This document shows, in pieces, positions 10,631 through 20,280 of a DNA stretch of 64,000 bases. Made by a program: the position numbers and the translations under genes. The stretch covers positions 85,322 through 149,321 of the forward strand of contig DATLJD010000009.1 in assembly GCA_035539135.1 (NCBI GenBank). Direction: 5' to 3'. The notes beneath the pieces were generated by a model. The model searched no databases. It was not told the DNA's origin and saw only the letters and a program-made list of their open reading frames with translations. The DNA is from Lysobacteraceae bacterium (GTDB taxonomy: Bacteria; Pseudomonadota; Gammaproteobacteria; Xanthomonadales; Xanthomonadaceae). Every line of letters begins with the position of its first letter. Within the stretch, counting starts at the first letter, position 1.

Positions 10631-12214
10631 TCAGGCGGCCTGCGCAAGGCCCGGGGCCGAGCTGCGGATCAGGTGGTCGAACGCGCTCAGCGCGGCGGTG
10701 CAGCCCGCGCCCATCGCGATCACGATCTGCTTGTACGGCACCGTGGTCGCGTCGCCGGCGGCGAACACGCCCGGCACGCTGGTGGCGCCGCGCTCGTCGA
10801 TCACGATCTCGCCGCGCGGGCTGAGTTCGACCGTGCCCTTCAGCCACTCGGTGTTGGGCAGCAGGCCGATCTGCACGAACACGCCGGCCAACTCGACGGT
10901 GCGGCTGTCGCCGCTCTCGCGGTCCCTGTAGACCAGGCCGGTGACCTTCTGGCCGTCGCCGAGCACCTCGGTGGTCTGCGCGCTGAGCAGCACGTCCACG
11001 TTGGGCAGGCTGCGCAGCTTGCGCTGCAGGACTTCGTCGGCACGCAGCTTCGAATCGAACTCGAGCAGGGTCACGTGTTCGACGATGCCGGCGAGGTCGA
11101 TCGCCGCCTCGACGCCGGAGTTGCCGCCGCCGATCACCGCGACGCGCTTGCCCTTGAACAGCGGGCCGTCGCAGTGCGGGCAGTAGGCCACGCCCTTGTT
11201 GCGGTACTGGTCCTCGCCGGGCACGTTCATGGTGCGCCAGCGCGCGCCGGTCGCGAGCACGACCGACTTCGCCTTCAGGCTTGCACCGCTGTCCAGCTGC
11301 ACCTCGATGGCGCCGCCCGGCTGCTTCGCCGGAACGAGCTTGCTCGCGCGCTGCAGGTTCATCACGTCCACGTCGTACTCGCGCACGTGCTGCTCCAGCG
11401 CGACCCCGAGCTTCGGCCCTTCCGTGTACTGCACCGAGATGAAGTTCTCGATCGCGAGCGTGTCCAGCACCTGGCCGCCGAAGCGCTCGGCGGCGACGCC
11501 GGTGCGGATGCCCTTGCGCGCGGCGTAGATCGCCGCCGCCGCGCCGGCGGGGCCGCCGCCGACCACGAGCACGTCGAACACGTCCTTGTTCGCGAGCTTC
11601 GCGGCCTCGCGCTGGGCCGCGCCCTTGTCGAGCTTCGCCATGATCTGCTCGACGGTCATCCGGCCCTGGTCGAACGGCTGGCCGTTGAGGTAGATGGTCG
11701 GCACGCTCATGATCTCGCGCGCCTCGACCTCGGCCTGGAACAGCGCGCCGTCGATCGCCACGTGGCGGATGTTGGAATTGAGCACGCTCATCGCGTTCAG
11801 CGCCTGCACCGTGTCCGGGCAGCTCTGGCACGAGAGCGACATGTAGGTTTCGAACTTGTACTCGCCCTCGAGGTCGCGCACCTGGTCGGCCAGCTCGGCG
11901 TCGAGCTTCGGCGGGTGGCCGCCGACCTGCAGCAGCGCCAGCACCAGCGAGGTGAACTCGTGGCCGAGCGGGATCGCGGCGAAGCGTACGGCGACGTCGG
12001 TGCCGGCGCGCACGATCGCGAACGAGGGCTTGCGCGCATCGGCGTCGTCGTCGACGCGCACGGAAATCCTGTCGGAGGTGGAAGCGATGTCCCGCAGCAG
12101 GGCGTCGAGCTCGCGCGAGGCGTCGCTGTCGTCGAGCGAGGCGACCAGCTCCACCGGCTGCGTCAGCTTCTCCATGTAGGCCGCGAGCTGGGCCTTGAGG
12201 TCTGCATCGAGCAT
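10631..12214 (-). CDS. ahpF: alkyl hydroperoxide reductase subunit F
   Basis: N-terminal thioredoxin-fold domain with CQSC, FAD/NAD(P)H reductase part with GGGPAG and the redox-active CPHCDG. Start is ATG 12214 ([10 protein letters not shown]). Confidence 0.93.
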   Translation of the reverse strand: MLDADLKAQLAAYMEKLTQPVELVASLDDSDASRELDALLRDIASTSDRISVRVDDDADARKPSFAIVRAGTDVAVRFAAIPLGHEFTSLVLALLQVGGHPPKLDAELADQVRDLEGEYKFETYMSLSCQSCPDTVQALNAMSVLNSNIRHVAIDGALFQAEVEAREIMSVPTIYLNGQPFDQGRMTVEQIMAKLDKGAAQREAAKLANKDVFDVLVVGGGPAGAAAAIYAARKGIRTGVAAERFGGQVLDTLAIENFISVQYTEGPKLGVALEQHVREYDVDVMNLQRASKLVPAKQPGGAIEVQLDSGASLKAKSVVLATGARWRTMNVPGEDQYRNKGVAYCPHCDGPLFKGKRVAVIGGGNSGVEAAIDLAGIVEHVTLLEFDSKLRADEVLQRKLRSLPNVDVLLSAQTTEVLGDGQKVTGLVYRDRESGDSRTVELAGVFVQIGLLPNTEWLKGTVELSPRGEIVIDERGATSVPGVFAAGDATTVPYKQIVIAMGAGCTAALSAFDHLIRSSAPGLAQAA

Positions 12215-12253
12215 GGGGTTGGCTCCGGGAATCGGAAAAGGGGGAGGAAAGGT

Positions 12254-12278
12254 GTCCCGGGCGGGATGCGCCCGGGAC
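12254..12278 (-). terminator. hairpin terminator/attenuator between ahpC and ahpF
   Basis: On the minus strand GTCCCGGGCG-CATCC-CGCCCGGGAC forms a 10-bp perfect stem followed by the T/C-rich tract ACCTTTCCTCCCCCTTTTCC. A second 10-bp hairpin (12283-12292 / 12310-12319) lies just upstream. Confidence 0.55.
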
Positions 12279-12327
12279 GGTTGCGCGGCCGGCGGGAGAG
12301 AGGGAACCCCCGGCCGCGCGGACGTGG

Positions 12328-12891
12328 TCAGATCTTGCCGACGAGGTCCAGCGACGGCTTGATCGTGTTGGCGCCCTGCTGCCACTTCGCCGGGCAGACT
12401 TCGCCCGGGTGCTCGGCCACGTACTTCGCGGCCTTGAGCTTGCGCAGCGCTTCCTTCATGTCGCGCGCGATCGCGTTGTCGTGGATCTCCAGCGCCTTGA
12501 TCACGCCCTGCGGATCGACGATGAAGGTGCCGCGCAGCGCCAGGCCTTCCTCGTCGATGTGCACGTCGAAGGCGCGGGTCAGCTGGTGAGTCGGGTCACC
12601 GATCATCGGGAATTTCGCCTTGCCGACGGCCGGCGAGGTCTCGTGCCACACCTTGTGCGAGAAATGGGTGTCGGTGGTGACCACGTACACCTCGGCGCCG
12701 GCCTTCTTGAACTCCTCGTAGTTCTCGGCCGCGTCCTCGACCTCGGTCGGGCAGTTGAAGGTGAAGGCGGCGGGCATGAACACGATCACCGACCAGTGGC
12801 CCTGCAGGCTCTTTTCGGTGATCTCGACGAACTTGCCGTCGTGGAAGGCCTGCACCTTGAACGGCTGCACGGACTTGTTGATGAGCGACAT
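12328..12891 (-). CDS. ahpC: alkyl hydroperoxide reductase subunit C (2-Cys peroxiredoxin)
   Basis: [16 protein letters not shown]..., peroxidatic Cys in FTFNCPTE and resolving Cys in EVCPAKW. An AAGGAG Shine-Dalgarno precedes ATG 12891. Confidence 0.95.
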   Translation of the reverse strand: MSLINKSVQPFKVQAFHDGKFVEITEKSLQGHWSVIVFMPAAFTFNCPTEVEDAAENYEEFKKAGAEVYVVTTDTHFSHKVWHETSPAVGKAKFPMIGDPTHQLTRAFDVHIDEEGLALRGTFIVDPQGVIKALEIHDNAIARDMKEALRKLKAAKYVAEHPGEVCPAKWQQGANTIKPSLDLVGKI

Positions 12892-12934
12892 CGACTTGCT
12901 CCTTGCTTGTGGGTGGGGAATTGCAACAGGGACG

Positions 12935-13000
12935 ATCTTAGGTCCGCGTATTGCCAAGGGCAAATTGATTGATTTCATCTATTCAATAGAATTTACCTAT
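12935..13000 (-). promoter_or_regulatory. putative ahpC promoter with upstream OxyR-type operator
   Basis: On the minus strand TTGCCC (12963-12958), a 17-nt spacer and TAAGAT (12940-12935). Immediately upstream is the most AT-rich patch of the window, carrying ATAG-N7-CTAT (12986-13000) and the degenerate ATTG-N7-CTAT (12968-12982). The half-site spacing differs from the E. coli consensus. Confidence 0.45.
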
Positions 13001-13075
13001 CATTTACGTGGCTGCGACGGACCCGGCGCCAGCGTGGCCGGATGGCGCGCCCGGTCGGCGCGCGGGAGCGCGGCG

Positions 13076-13438
13076 ATGGACGTCGGCACCATGTTGCGGG
13101 TGGCCTGTGGCCTGATCGTGCTGACCGCGCTCGGCGGCGTGGTGATGGCGGCGATCCGCTTTTCCGGCAAGCGCAACCCGCCGGTGTGGCTGGCGATGCT
13201 GCACGGCCTGCTTGCCGGCTCGGGCGTCACCGTGCTCGCCTGCGCGGTGTTCGCCGGCGACGTGCCGGTGGCGGCGGCCTGGGCGCTGGGGCTGTTCCTG
13301 GTGGCGGCGCTCGGCGGCATCACCCTGTTCCTGGCCTACGAGTGGAAGCGGGTGCTGCTGCCGGCCTGGCTGGTGGGCGTGCACGCGCTGGTGGCGGTGC
13401 TCGGCTTCCTGCTGCTGCTCGTGGCGGCGTTCGCCTGA
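13076..13438 (+). CDS. small 4-TM membrane protein, unknown function
   Basis: Four hydrophobic helices and high GC3. ATG 13076 is in frame with track ORF 12755..13438. It is divergent from ahpC. Confidence 0.55.
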   Translation: MDVGTMLRVACGLIVLTALGGVVMAAIRFSGKRNPPVWLAMLHGLLAGSGVTVLACAVFAGDVPVAAAWALGLFLVAALGGITLFLAYEWKRVLLPAWLVGVHALVAVLGFLLLLVAAFA

Positions 13439-13440
13439 CC

Positions 13441-13986
13441 ATGGCGACCGGCGTCGACGCCGGCCTGCTGTGGGCCCTGCTGGGCGGCGTGGTGCTGCCG
13501 TTGTGGCTGCTGGCGGGCGTGGCCGACTACGCCTGCCACGCGCGCATGGACCTCGCCCACACCTCCGGCCGGCACGAGTCCGCGTTGCACCTGCTGCAGC
13601 TGGCGGAAATCGGCGTGCCGCTGCTCGCCTTCCTGTTCCTCGAGGTGACCGCGGCGACGCTGCTGCTGATGCTGGCCGGCGTCGCCGCGCACACCGTCAC
13701 CTCGTGGCGCGACATCCGTTACGCCGCGGCGACCCGCACCATCCCCCCGCTCGAGCAGTACGTGCACAGCTTCCTCAACGTGCTGCCCTGGCTGGCGCTG
13801 GCATTGGTGACGATCCTGCACTGGCCGGTGGTGACGGCGTTCGATGACTGGGGCCTGCGCTGGCGTGAACCGCCCTTCCCCGTCGCCGTCGTCGCCGGGG
13901 TGCTGGCCGCGTCGGCGGCGCTGGTGGTGCTGCCCGGCGCGTGGGAGTTCCTGCGCGCCAGCAGCGCCGCCAAGGCGTCCCGCTGA
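13441..13986 (+). CDS. polytopic membrane protein with conserved histidines, unknown function
   Basis: ATG 13441 lies 2 nt after the previous stop. It has 4-5 TM helices and His-rich loops (CHARMDLAHTSGRHESALH; EQYVHSF). High GC3. Confidence 0.55.
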   Translation: MATGVDAGLLWALLGGVVLPLWLLAGVADYACHARMDLAHTSGRHESALHLLQLAEIGVPLLAFLFLEVTAATLLLMLAGVAAHTVTSWRDIRYAAATRTIPPLEQYVHSFLNVLPWLALALVTILHWPVVTAFDDWGLRWREPPFPVAVVAGVLAASAALVVLPGAWEFLRASSAAKASR

Positions 13987-13995
13987 AGCGTCGCG

Positions 13996-14700
13996 CTAGA
14001 GCACGTCGAGCAGCAGCGCGAGGTCGCCGACGAAGCCGCGGTAAGCCTGGTCGCGCGAGGCCGAATCGCGCTGGCGCAGCACGAAGGACGGATGCACGGT
14101 CGCGAACGCACGGGTGCCGTCGGCCAGCGCCTGCCAGGTACCGCGCTGGGCCATCAGGCGGAACTTCGTGCCAAACACGTTGCGCGCGGCGATGGCGCCG
14201 AGGCAGACCACCACTTCCGGGCGGACGCGCGCGAGTTCGCCTTCGAGCCAGATCCGGCACGCGGCCTGCTCGCCGGGGTTGGGGCTGCGGTGCAGGCGCG
14301 CCTTGCCGCGCCGCTCGAACTTGAAGTGCTTGACCGCGTTGGTGACGTAGAACCGGCCGCGGTCGATGCCCAATTCCTCCAGCGCGCGGTCGAACAGTTG
14401 TCCCGACGGGCCCACGAACGGATGCCCGCTGAGGTCCTCCTGGTCGCCGGGCTGCTCGCCGACCACCAGCACGCGCGCGCGTGCCGGGCCTTCGCCGAAC
14501 ACGGTCTGGGTCGCCGGCTTCCACAGCGGGCAACGCTTGCAGCCCATTGCGGCGTCGCGCAGCGCGGCGAGGCTGTCGTCCACCGGCTCCGGTGCGCTGC
14601 CGTCGGGCACCGCGCGCTTGCGGGCGCTCTTCTTCGCTGGTACGCGTTCGGCGGCCGCGCGTTTCGCGGGCGGTTTGCGGGGCGGCTTGCGCGTGGCCAT
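13996..14700 (-). CDS. family 4 uracil-DNA glycosylase, UdgX-like subtype, with a basic N-terminal tail
   Basis: GEGPARARVLVVGEQPGDQED, PFVGPSGQLF, VTNAVKHFKF, TVHPS and four Cys (CKRC..C..C) fit the Fe-S family 4 UDGs. The loop ERRGKARLHRSP resembles the KRRIH loop of mycobacterial UdgX, from my recollection of that sequence. Confidence 0.8.
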   Translation of the reverse strand: MATRKPPRKPPAKRAAAERVPAKKSARKRAVPDGSAPEPVDDSLAALRDAAMGCKRCPLWKPATQTVFGEGPARARVLVVGEQPGDQEDLSGHPFVGPSGQLFDRALEELGIDRGRFYVTNAVKHFKFERRGKARLHRSPNPGEQAACRIWLEGELARVRPEVVVCLGAIAARNVFGTKFRLMAQRGTWQALADGTRAFATVHPSFVLRQRDSASRDQAYRGFVGDLALLLDVL

Positions 14701-14755
14701 GGGGCATCTTCCGGCGCGCGGGGTGCAGGTGGCGTGCGGGCACCGGAAGGCAGCA

Positions 14756-14818
14756 GGGCAAGCTCCGCGCTACGGCAAAGCCGCGCCGCCTGCGTGGAGT
14801 GGCGCTTGCTCCGCTGCG
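14756..14818. repeat. degenerate second copy of the REP-like element seen at 8921-9004
   Basis: GGGCAAGCTCCGCGCTAC (14756-14773) resembles AGCAAGCTCCGCTCTAC. GGAGTGGCGCTTGCTCCGC (14796-14814) resembles GTAGAGCGGAGCTTGCTCCGC. It lies in the lhr-UDG spacer. Confidence 0.5.
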
Positions 14819-14832
14819 TCACACCCGCCTGA

Positions 14833-17800
14833 TCAGCGGCGCGCGCCAGCTTCCGGCGCGGGCACGCGATGGAACGCCGGCTCCGGCTCGCGCAGCAGCA
14901 GGCGGCGCGCGTGCCGTTGTTCGTCCGGCCGCAGCTCGGCGAGAAAGGCCACCTCGCCGGCGGCCAGCGTCGCCAGCGGCAGGCCGTCGCGGTACAGCAC
15001 GCGCGCGCCCGGCTGCCGCGGCAGCTTGTCGCCGGCGACGATCGTGCCGACCAGGTTGAGCGGGTCCAGCGCGCTGACCGCGACCAGTTCGCCGTCGTGG
15101 GCGCGCCGGCGCACCTGGCGCAACGCGGCGACCGCTTCGGTCAATGCGAACTGTTCGCCCGACAGGCCGGCGATGAAACGGCCGCCGCGTATCTCGCCTC
15201 GCGCTTCCAGACGGTGGTAGACGCGCAGCAGTTCGCGCCACGGCGGTAGCCATGGCGCCTCGCGCTCGAGCATGCGCCAGCACACCACGCCGTAGCGGCG
15301 CAGCAGGGTGCGGGCGACGTGTTCGACCAGGTCGGCGCGGGCGTCGGCGGCGGTCGCGTCCGATTCGAACGACGGGGAGAGCGAAGCATCGCGCCGCGTC
15401 AGCGTCCAGCGCCCGGCGTCCTCGATCCCGAACAGCGCGGCGCGGCGGCCGCGGCGGCCGAACGCGTGCGGGCGCTTGGCCTGCGGCACCAGCAGCGCGC
15501 GCAGGCCGGCGAAGCTGTCGCAGGTGGCGCGGCCGCGCGCGACCAGTTCGGCCAGCGCGTCCTCCAGCTCGGTCTGCAGCAGCCGCGCTTCTCCCGCCAG
15601 TTCGTCGAAGAACAGCGCGCCGTGCGCGCGCAAGGCATCGGCGACCTTCTGCGCGCGCGAGGACAGCGCCGGCTCGTCCTCGCGCTGGCCGGCGACCAGT
15701 TGCGTCCACGCCGCCAGCCGCCGCCGCGGCAGCAGCACGATCGGGGTCGCGCGCACCGGCGACGCCGCGCCGCGACCGTTGCCGTCCACCGGCGCGGCGC
15801 GCAGGCGCGTCCACGCGATCCGGCCGGCGGTGCACTGGTCGTCCAGCCAGGAAATCGCGTAATCGGACACACGCGCCGGCAGCAGCTCGCTTTCCCAGGC
15901 GCCGGCCGGCGCCTCGAAGCCTTCCAATTGCGCCAGCACGCCGGCCAGCGCGTCCGGGCCGCTGACCCGGGTCGCCCGCGACACCTTCTGCCAGTCGAGC
16001 AGGAAGCGCATGAAATCGCGCGGTTCGACCGGCTCGATCTCGCGGCGCAGCTTCCCGACCGTGTAGCGGTGGATGCGCGCGAGCAGGTGGCGCTCGCACC
16101 ATTCCTCGCCGTCGCCGGCGAGCGCGGCGGGGGTGAAGCGGCCGCGCATCGCGTAGCCCTCGCCTTCCAGCTTGAGCAGCGCGAGGTCGACGTCGCCGCG
16201 CGCGACGGAGAAGGTCGCGGCGAGGGCCTCGGCGGATACGGGCCCCAGCCCGGTCAGGCGCGCGCGCACCAGTTCAACCAGCGCGTCCTCGCGCGTCCAG
16301 GCCTGGGCGAATTCGGCGGGCGGGTTGATCGCCGGCATGCGCGCCGCGCCGGGATGCAGCGCGTCGGCCAGCGCCAGGCGCTCCGCGGCCCACCACGCCG
16401 CGCCACCCGCCACGTCGATCCGGGTCGCGCGGTGCGCCTTGGCCAACTGCGCCAGCCAGCCGTCCCAGCCGCTGGCGAGCGCTTCCTCGGCGGCGACGCA
16501 ACCCAAGCCCATCAGCGCCTCGTGCATCTCGTCGACGTTGCGCACTTCCGGCCACGCCTGCGCACGGACTTCCTCGATCGCGCCCGGGTCCAGGCGGCCG
16601 AGGTCGCCGGCCTGCGCCGCGTCGCCGTAGCCGCGGGTCTGCACCGCCTGGGTGCGGCGTTCCTCCAGCGGCGCGTCGTCGAGGAAGGCGTACGGACGCG
16701 CGTTGAGCGCCTCGGCGGCGAACGGCGACGGCGCGGTCAGGTCGCGCGCGGCGATCTCCACCTCGCCCGCTTCCAGCGCGCGCAGCAGCGCCAGCCAGCC
16801 CTCGGTGTCCATCGCCTCGTGCAGGCAGTCGTCCAGCGTCTGCGCGACCAGCGGGTGGTCGGGCACCTCGCGCTCGCCGACGATGTTCTCCAGGCAGGCG
16901 ACCTGGTCCGGGAACACCGTCGCCAGCAGGTCCTCGGACTTCATCCGCTGCAGCTGCGGCGCGACCTTCTTCCCGCCGACGAAGCGCGGCAGCGCCAGCG
17001 CGGTGGTCGCGTTCCAGCGCCAGCGCGCGCCGAACAGCGGCGCGTCGAGCAGCGCCTGCACCAGGATGTGCTCGGCGGAGGACGAGTGCAGGTAGTGCGC
17101 GACCTCCAGCAGCGGGAAGCTGTGGCTGGTCGAGAGCGACAGCACGATCGCGTCCTCGGTCGCCGCCGCCTGCAGCTCGAAGTTGAACTTGCGGCAGAAG
17201 CGCTTGCGCAACGCCAGGCCCCAGGCGCGGTTGAGGCGGCTGCCGTAGGGCGTGTGGATCACCAGCTGGGTGCCGCCGGATTCGTCGAAGAAGCGCTCCA
17301 GCACGATCCGCCCGCGGGTCGGCATCACCCCGGTCGCGGCGAGCTGGCGGGCGAGGAAGTCGAGCAGCTGGCGCGCGGCGTTGTCGTCGAGGCCGAGTTC
17401 GCCCTGCAGCCAGCGCAGGGTCGCGGCGACGTCGGCCGGCGCGAAGGCGCTGCCGCCCTCGCCGGGGACCAGCGCGGCGAGCGGCACGGTCGCGTCGCGA
17501 TCCTGCGCGCAGGTCTCAGCCGTCGCAATGGTCGCCTCCGCAACGAAGCGATCCTCCGCCGCGCTGGCGTCGGCACTCGCGCCGCACAACCGCGCCGCGA
17601 CTTCCTCGCGCAACCGCGACACGCCGACCGACAGCTCGTCGGTGCGCCCCGGCGCCTCGCCCAGCCAGAACGGGATGCTCGGCGGCGCGCCCTGCGCGTC
17701 CTCCACCCGCACCCGCCCGGCCTCCACCCGCAGGATCCGGTAGCTGGCGTTGCCGAGCTGGAAGATGTCGCCCTTCATGCTCTCGATGGCGAAGTCTTCG

Positions 17801-19368
17801 TTGACATTGCCGATCGTGGTGCCCTGCGGTTCCAGGATCACCGCGAAATCGCCGGTGTCGGGGATGGTCCCGCCCGAGGTCACCGCGGTCATGCGCCCGC
17901 CCTTGCGGCCGCGCAGGCGCTTGTGCACGGCGTCGCGGTGCAGGTAGCCGGCGCGGGTGCCGCGTCGCGTCGTGTAGCCCTCGGCGAGCATGCGCACGAC
18001 GTCATCAAAGGCCTTGCGCGGCAGCCGCGCATACGGCCAGGCGCGGCGGAACCAGTCGTACAGCGCGTCCTCGTCCCATTCGGCGGACGCGACCTCGGCG
18101 ACGATCTGCTGCGCCAGCACGTCCAGTGGCGCCTCCGGCATGACCAGTGCGTCGAGCTCGCCGCGGCGCACGCAGTCCAGCAGCGCGGCGCATTCGACCA
18201 GCTCCTCGCGGGTGGTCGGGAACAGCCGGCCCTTGGGCGTGCCGCCGACGAAGTGGCCCGAGCGTCCGACCCGCTGCAGGAACGCCGAGATCGAACGCGG
18301 CGAACCGATCTGGCAGACCAGGTCCACGTCGCCGATGTCGATGCCGAGCTCCAGCGACGCGGTCGCGACCAGCACCTTCAGCCGGCCGCTCTTCAGGCGC
18401 TGCTCGGCGTCCAGCCGCAGTTCCTTGGCGAGGCTGCCGTGGTGCGCGGCGACGTGTTCGCGGCCGAGCTTCTCCGCGAGGTGGCGCGCGGCCCGCTCGG
18501 CCATGCGCCGGGTGTTGACGAAGACCAGTGTCGTGCGATGCGCCTCCACCAGTTCGGCGATGCGCGCGTAGACGAGATCCCAGTGCTCGTTCGACATCAC
18601 GGTCTGCAGCGGCACCGGCGTCAGCTCCAGCGCCAGGTCGCGCGCGCGGGTGTAGCCGATGTCGACGATTTCGCAGTCGGGCGCGCCGTCCACCAGGTTG
18701 GCGGCGCCGACCAGGAAGCGCGCGACCTGGTCGATGGGCTTCTGCGTCGCCGACAGCCCGATCCGCGCCAGCCGCCGCCCGCACAGCGCCTCCAGCCGCT
18801 CCAGCGACAGCGCGAGGTGGCTGCCGCGCTTGCTCGCCACCAGCGCGTGGATCTCGTCGACGATCACCGTGCGGGTGCCGGCCAGCATCGCCCGCCCGGA
18901 GTCGGAACCGAGCAGCACGTACAGCGATTCGGGCGTGGTGACCAGGATGTGCGGCGGGCGCTTTCGCAGCGCCGCGCGCTCGGCCTGCGGAGTGTCGCCG
19001 GTGCGCACGGCGGTGCGGATCTCGACGTCGGGCAGCCCCTGCCGCGCGAGCTCGGCGCGGATGCCTTCCAGCGGCGCCTCGAGGTTGATATGGATGTCGT
19101 TGGACAGCGCCTTCAGCGGCGAGACGTAGACGACCTGGGTGGCGTCCGGCAAGCCATGCTCCAGCCCCTCGCGCACCAGCGCGTCGATCGCAGACAGGAA
19201 CGCGGTCAGGGTCTTGCCCGAACCGGTCGGCGCCGCGACCAGGGTGTGGCGGCCGGATCCGATCGCCGGCCACGCCTGCGCCTGCGCTTCGGTCGGCGCG
19301 GAGAACGCGCCTGCGAACCACGCGGCGACCGCCGGGTGGAAGCCGGCCAGGGACGGGAATTGCGCCAT
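14833..19368 (-). CDS. lhr: ATP-dependent DEAD/DEAH-box helicase Lhr (full-length, about 1511 aa)
   Basis: [36 protein letters not shown]..., Walker [14 protein letters not shown] box, SAT, the QRVGRSGH motif, and a long Lhr-type C-terminal extension. Start is ATG 19368. The in-frame upstream extension to 19626 runs through a heptad repeat and is rejected. Confidence 0.92.
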   Translation of the reverse strand: MAQFPSLAGFHPAVAAWFAGAFSAPTEAQAQAWPAIGSGRHTLVAAPTGSGKTLTAFLSAIDALVREGLEHGLPDATQVVYVSPLKALSNDIHINLEAPLEGIRAELARQGLPDVEIRTAVRTGDTPQAERAALRKRPPHILVTTPESLYVLLGSDSGRAMLAGTRTVIVDEIHALVASKRGSHLALSLERLEALCGRRLARIGLSATQKPIDQVARFLVGAANLVDGAPDCEIVDIGYTRARDLALELTPVPLQTVMSNEHWDLVYARIAELVEAHRTTLVFVNTRRMAERAARHLAEKLGREHVAAHHGSLAKELRLDAEQRLKSGRLKVLVATASLELGIDIGDVDLVCQIGSPRSISAFLQRVGRSGHFVGGTPKGRLFPTTREELVECAALLDCVRRGELDALVMPEAPLDVLAQQIVAEVASAEWDEDALYDWFRRAWPYARLPRKAFDDVVRMLAEGYTTRRGTRAGYLHRDAVHKRLRGRKGGRMTAVTSGGTIPDTGDFAVILEPQGTTIGNVNEDFAIESMKGDIFQLGNASYRILRVEAGRVRVEDAQGAPPSIPFWLGEAPGRTDELSVGVSRLREEVAARLCGASADASAAEDRFVAEATIATAETCAQDRDATVPLAALVPGEGGSAFAPADVAATLRWLQGELGLDDNAARQLLDFLARQLAATGVMPTRGRIVLERFFDESGGTQLVIHTPYGSRLNRAWGLALRKRFCRKFNFELQAAATEDAIVLSLSTSHSFPLLEVAHYLHSSSAEHILVQALLDAPLFGARWRWNATTALALPRFVGGKKVAPQLQRMKSEDLLATVFPDQVACLENIVGEREVPDHPLVAQTLDDCLHEAMDTEGWLALLRALEAGEVEIAARDLTAPSPFAAEALNARPYAFLDDAPLEERRTQAVQTRGYGDAAQAGDLGRLDPGAIEEVRAQAWPEVRNVDEMHEALMGLGCVAAEEALASGWDGWLAQLAKAHRATRIDVAGGAAWWAAERLALADALHPGAARMPAINPPAEFAQAWTREDALVELVRARLTGLGPVSAEALAATFSVARGDVDLALLKLEGEGYAMRGRFTPAALAGDGEEWCERHLLARIHRYTVGKLRREIEPVEPRDFMRFLLDWQKVSRATRVSGPDALAGVLAQLEGFEAPAGAWESELLPARVSDYAISWLDDQCTAGRIAWTRLRAAPVDGNGRGAASPVRATPIVLLPRRRLAAWTQLVAGQREDEPALSSRAQKVADALRAHGALFFDELAGEARLLQTELEDALAELVARGRATCDSFAGLRALLVPQAKRPHAFGRRGRRAALFGIEDAGRWTLTRRDASLSPSFESDATAADARADLVEHVARTLLRRYGVVCWRMLEREAPWLPPWRELLRVYHRLEARGEIRGGRFIAGLSGEQFALTEAVAALRQVRRRAHDGELVAVSALDPLNLVGTIVAGDKLPRQPGARVLYRDGLPLATLAAGEVAFLAELRPDEQRHARRLLLREPEPAFHRVPAPEAGARR

Positions 19369-19490
19369 CGCGGCATTATCCGCCGCGCTCGCGCGCGGCT
19401 CCTGAACGCCGCCGGCGCGTGTACCGAAGTCGAAGCGGATCTGCCCGTGCATCGGGGGAGGCTGGCGCGGCGCTGTCGCAGCGCGTGCGA

Positions 19491-19574
19491 CGGAGACGGG
19501 AGACGGGAGACGGGAGACGGGAGGCGGGAGAAGGGAGACGAGAGACGGAAGCCGGTAGCCGGTAGCCGGAAAGC
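19491..19574. repeat. heptanucleotide tandem repeat (about 12 units; core GGGAGAC) carrying six consecutive G3 tracts on the + strand
   Basis: cGGAGAC GGGAGAC GGGAGAC GGGAGAC GGGAGGC GGGAGAA GGGAGAC GAGAGAC GGAAGCC GGTAGCC GGTAGCC GGAAAGC, read directly from 19491-19574. It is intergenic, 123-206 nt upstream of the lhr ATG. Confidence 0.9.
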
Positions 19575-19741
19575 GACAGCCGGGGGCGCGACGGGTGGGA
19601 GAGGTGGACAGGACCGTATGCGCCATGGATGGCGCATCCGAGCCTCCATGGACGGATTCACGGCGTGTCCTGACCGCCTCTCCCGCCCGCCGCGCCGGCC
19701 TAGCGGGCCATTGCGTGTGCTTCCGCTGCCCGGGCGGGCCA

Positions 19742-20272
19742 CTACGCCAGTTCAGCTTCCTCTATGCCGCGGATGCGATGCGCCGCCAGCGCGTCGTGGT
19801 CGGGCACGCCGATGCCGTTGCGGTCGCCGAGCACGTAGTGGGTGACGTGCGGCGGCGGGCACGGCGGGAAGTCCGGCACCTGCTCGGCCAGCAGCGCGTA
19901 CAACGCGACCATGCCGGGCACCTGCACGTGCTCGATCACGCTGTAGCAGGCGACCGCGCCGTGCGCCGACGGCTTCATCTTGCCGAGCAAGTCGTAGCGA
20001 TGTCCGCGTTGCACCCGCCAGTCGAGCCCGGCCAGGGTGATCTGCAGCGCCGGCTCGTCGAACAGCGCGCGCAGGCGCGGCCCCAGCGCGCGGCCGAGCA
20101 CGGTGACGTGGAATTCGCGCTTGCGCCGCAGCCAGCGTCCGTCCAGCCGCACCCGCTGCGCCGACGGCGGACGCATCGCGTCCGGGTCCAGGCGCAGCAG
20201 CAGCGCGCCGGAGGCGGAGAACTGCGGCAGCGCGACCGGCGCCGCATCCTGCGTTTCGCCGAGCCTGCCCAT
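19742..20272 (-). CDS. hypothetical protein, candidate 2H phosphoesterase superfamily member (LigT/ThpR-like size and motif spacing)
   Basis: 176 aa with two H-x-T-x motifs (FHVTVLG at residues 55-58, PHVTHYV at 142-145), 87 residues apart as in 2',5'-RNA ligase/cyclic phosphodiesterase proteins. High GC3. ATG 20272 is preferred over the TTG at 20284 used by the track. Confidence 0.5.
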   Translation of the reverse strand: MGRLGETQDAAPVALPQFSASGALLLRLDPDAMRPPSAQRVRLDGRWLRRKREFHVTVLGRALGPRLRALFDEPALQITLAGLDWRVQRGHRYDLLGKMKPSAHGAVACYSVIEHVQVPGMVALYALLAEQVPDFPPCPPPHVTHYVLGDRNGIGVPDHDALAAHRIRGIEEAELA

Positions 20273-20280
20273 GGCGCGGG

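Noticed and set aside
9669-11831. Upstream 720 aa of the 934-aa ORF 9027..11831
   Set aside because: It is out of frame or overlapping with oxyR and ahpF, which are clearly real. Only the last 213 codons (from ATG 9668, with a signal peptide) look like a gene.
19491-19574. Possible CRISPR array
   Set aside because: The unit is only 7 nt with no spacers, and there are no cas genes in the window. It is a simple tandem repeat.
19369-19626. In-frame N-terminal extension of Lhr through the heptad repeat (track start 19626)
   Set aside because: The Lhr N-terminus aligns from MAQFPSL (19368). The extension is a translation of a 7-nt repeat ([10 protein letters not shown]...), which cannot be maintained in frame.
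15319-19845. 1508-aa + strand ORF, plus several 150-430-aa ORFs in 14.8-19.7 kb
   Set aside because: It is antisense to lhr, whose helicase motifs are unambiguous. The translation is low-complexity R/A/G/Q-rich. Shadow ORF.
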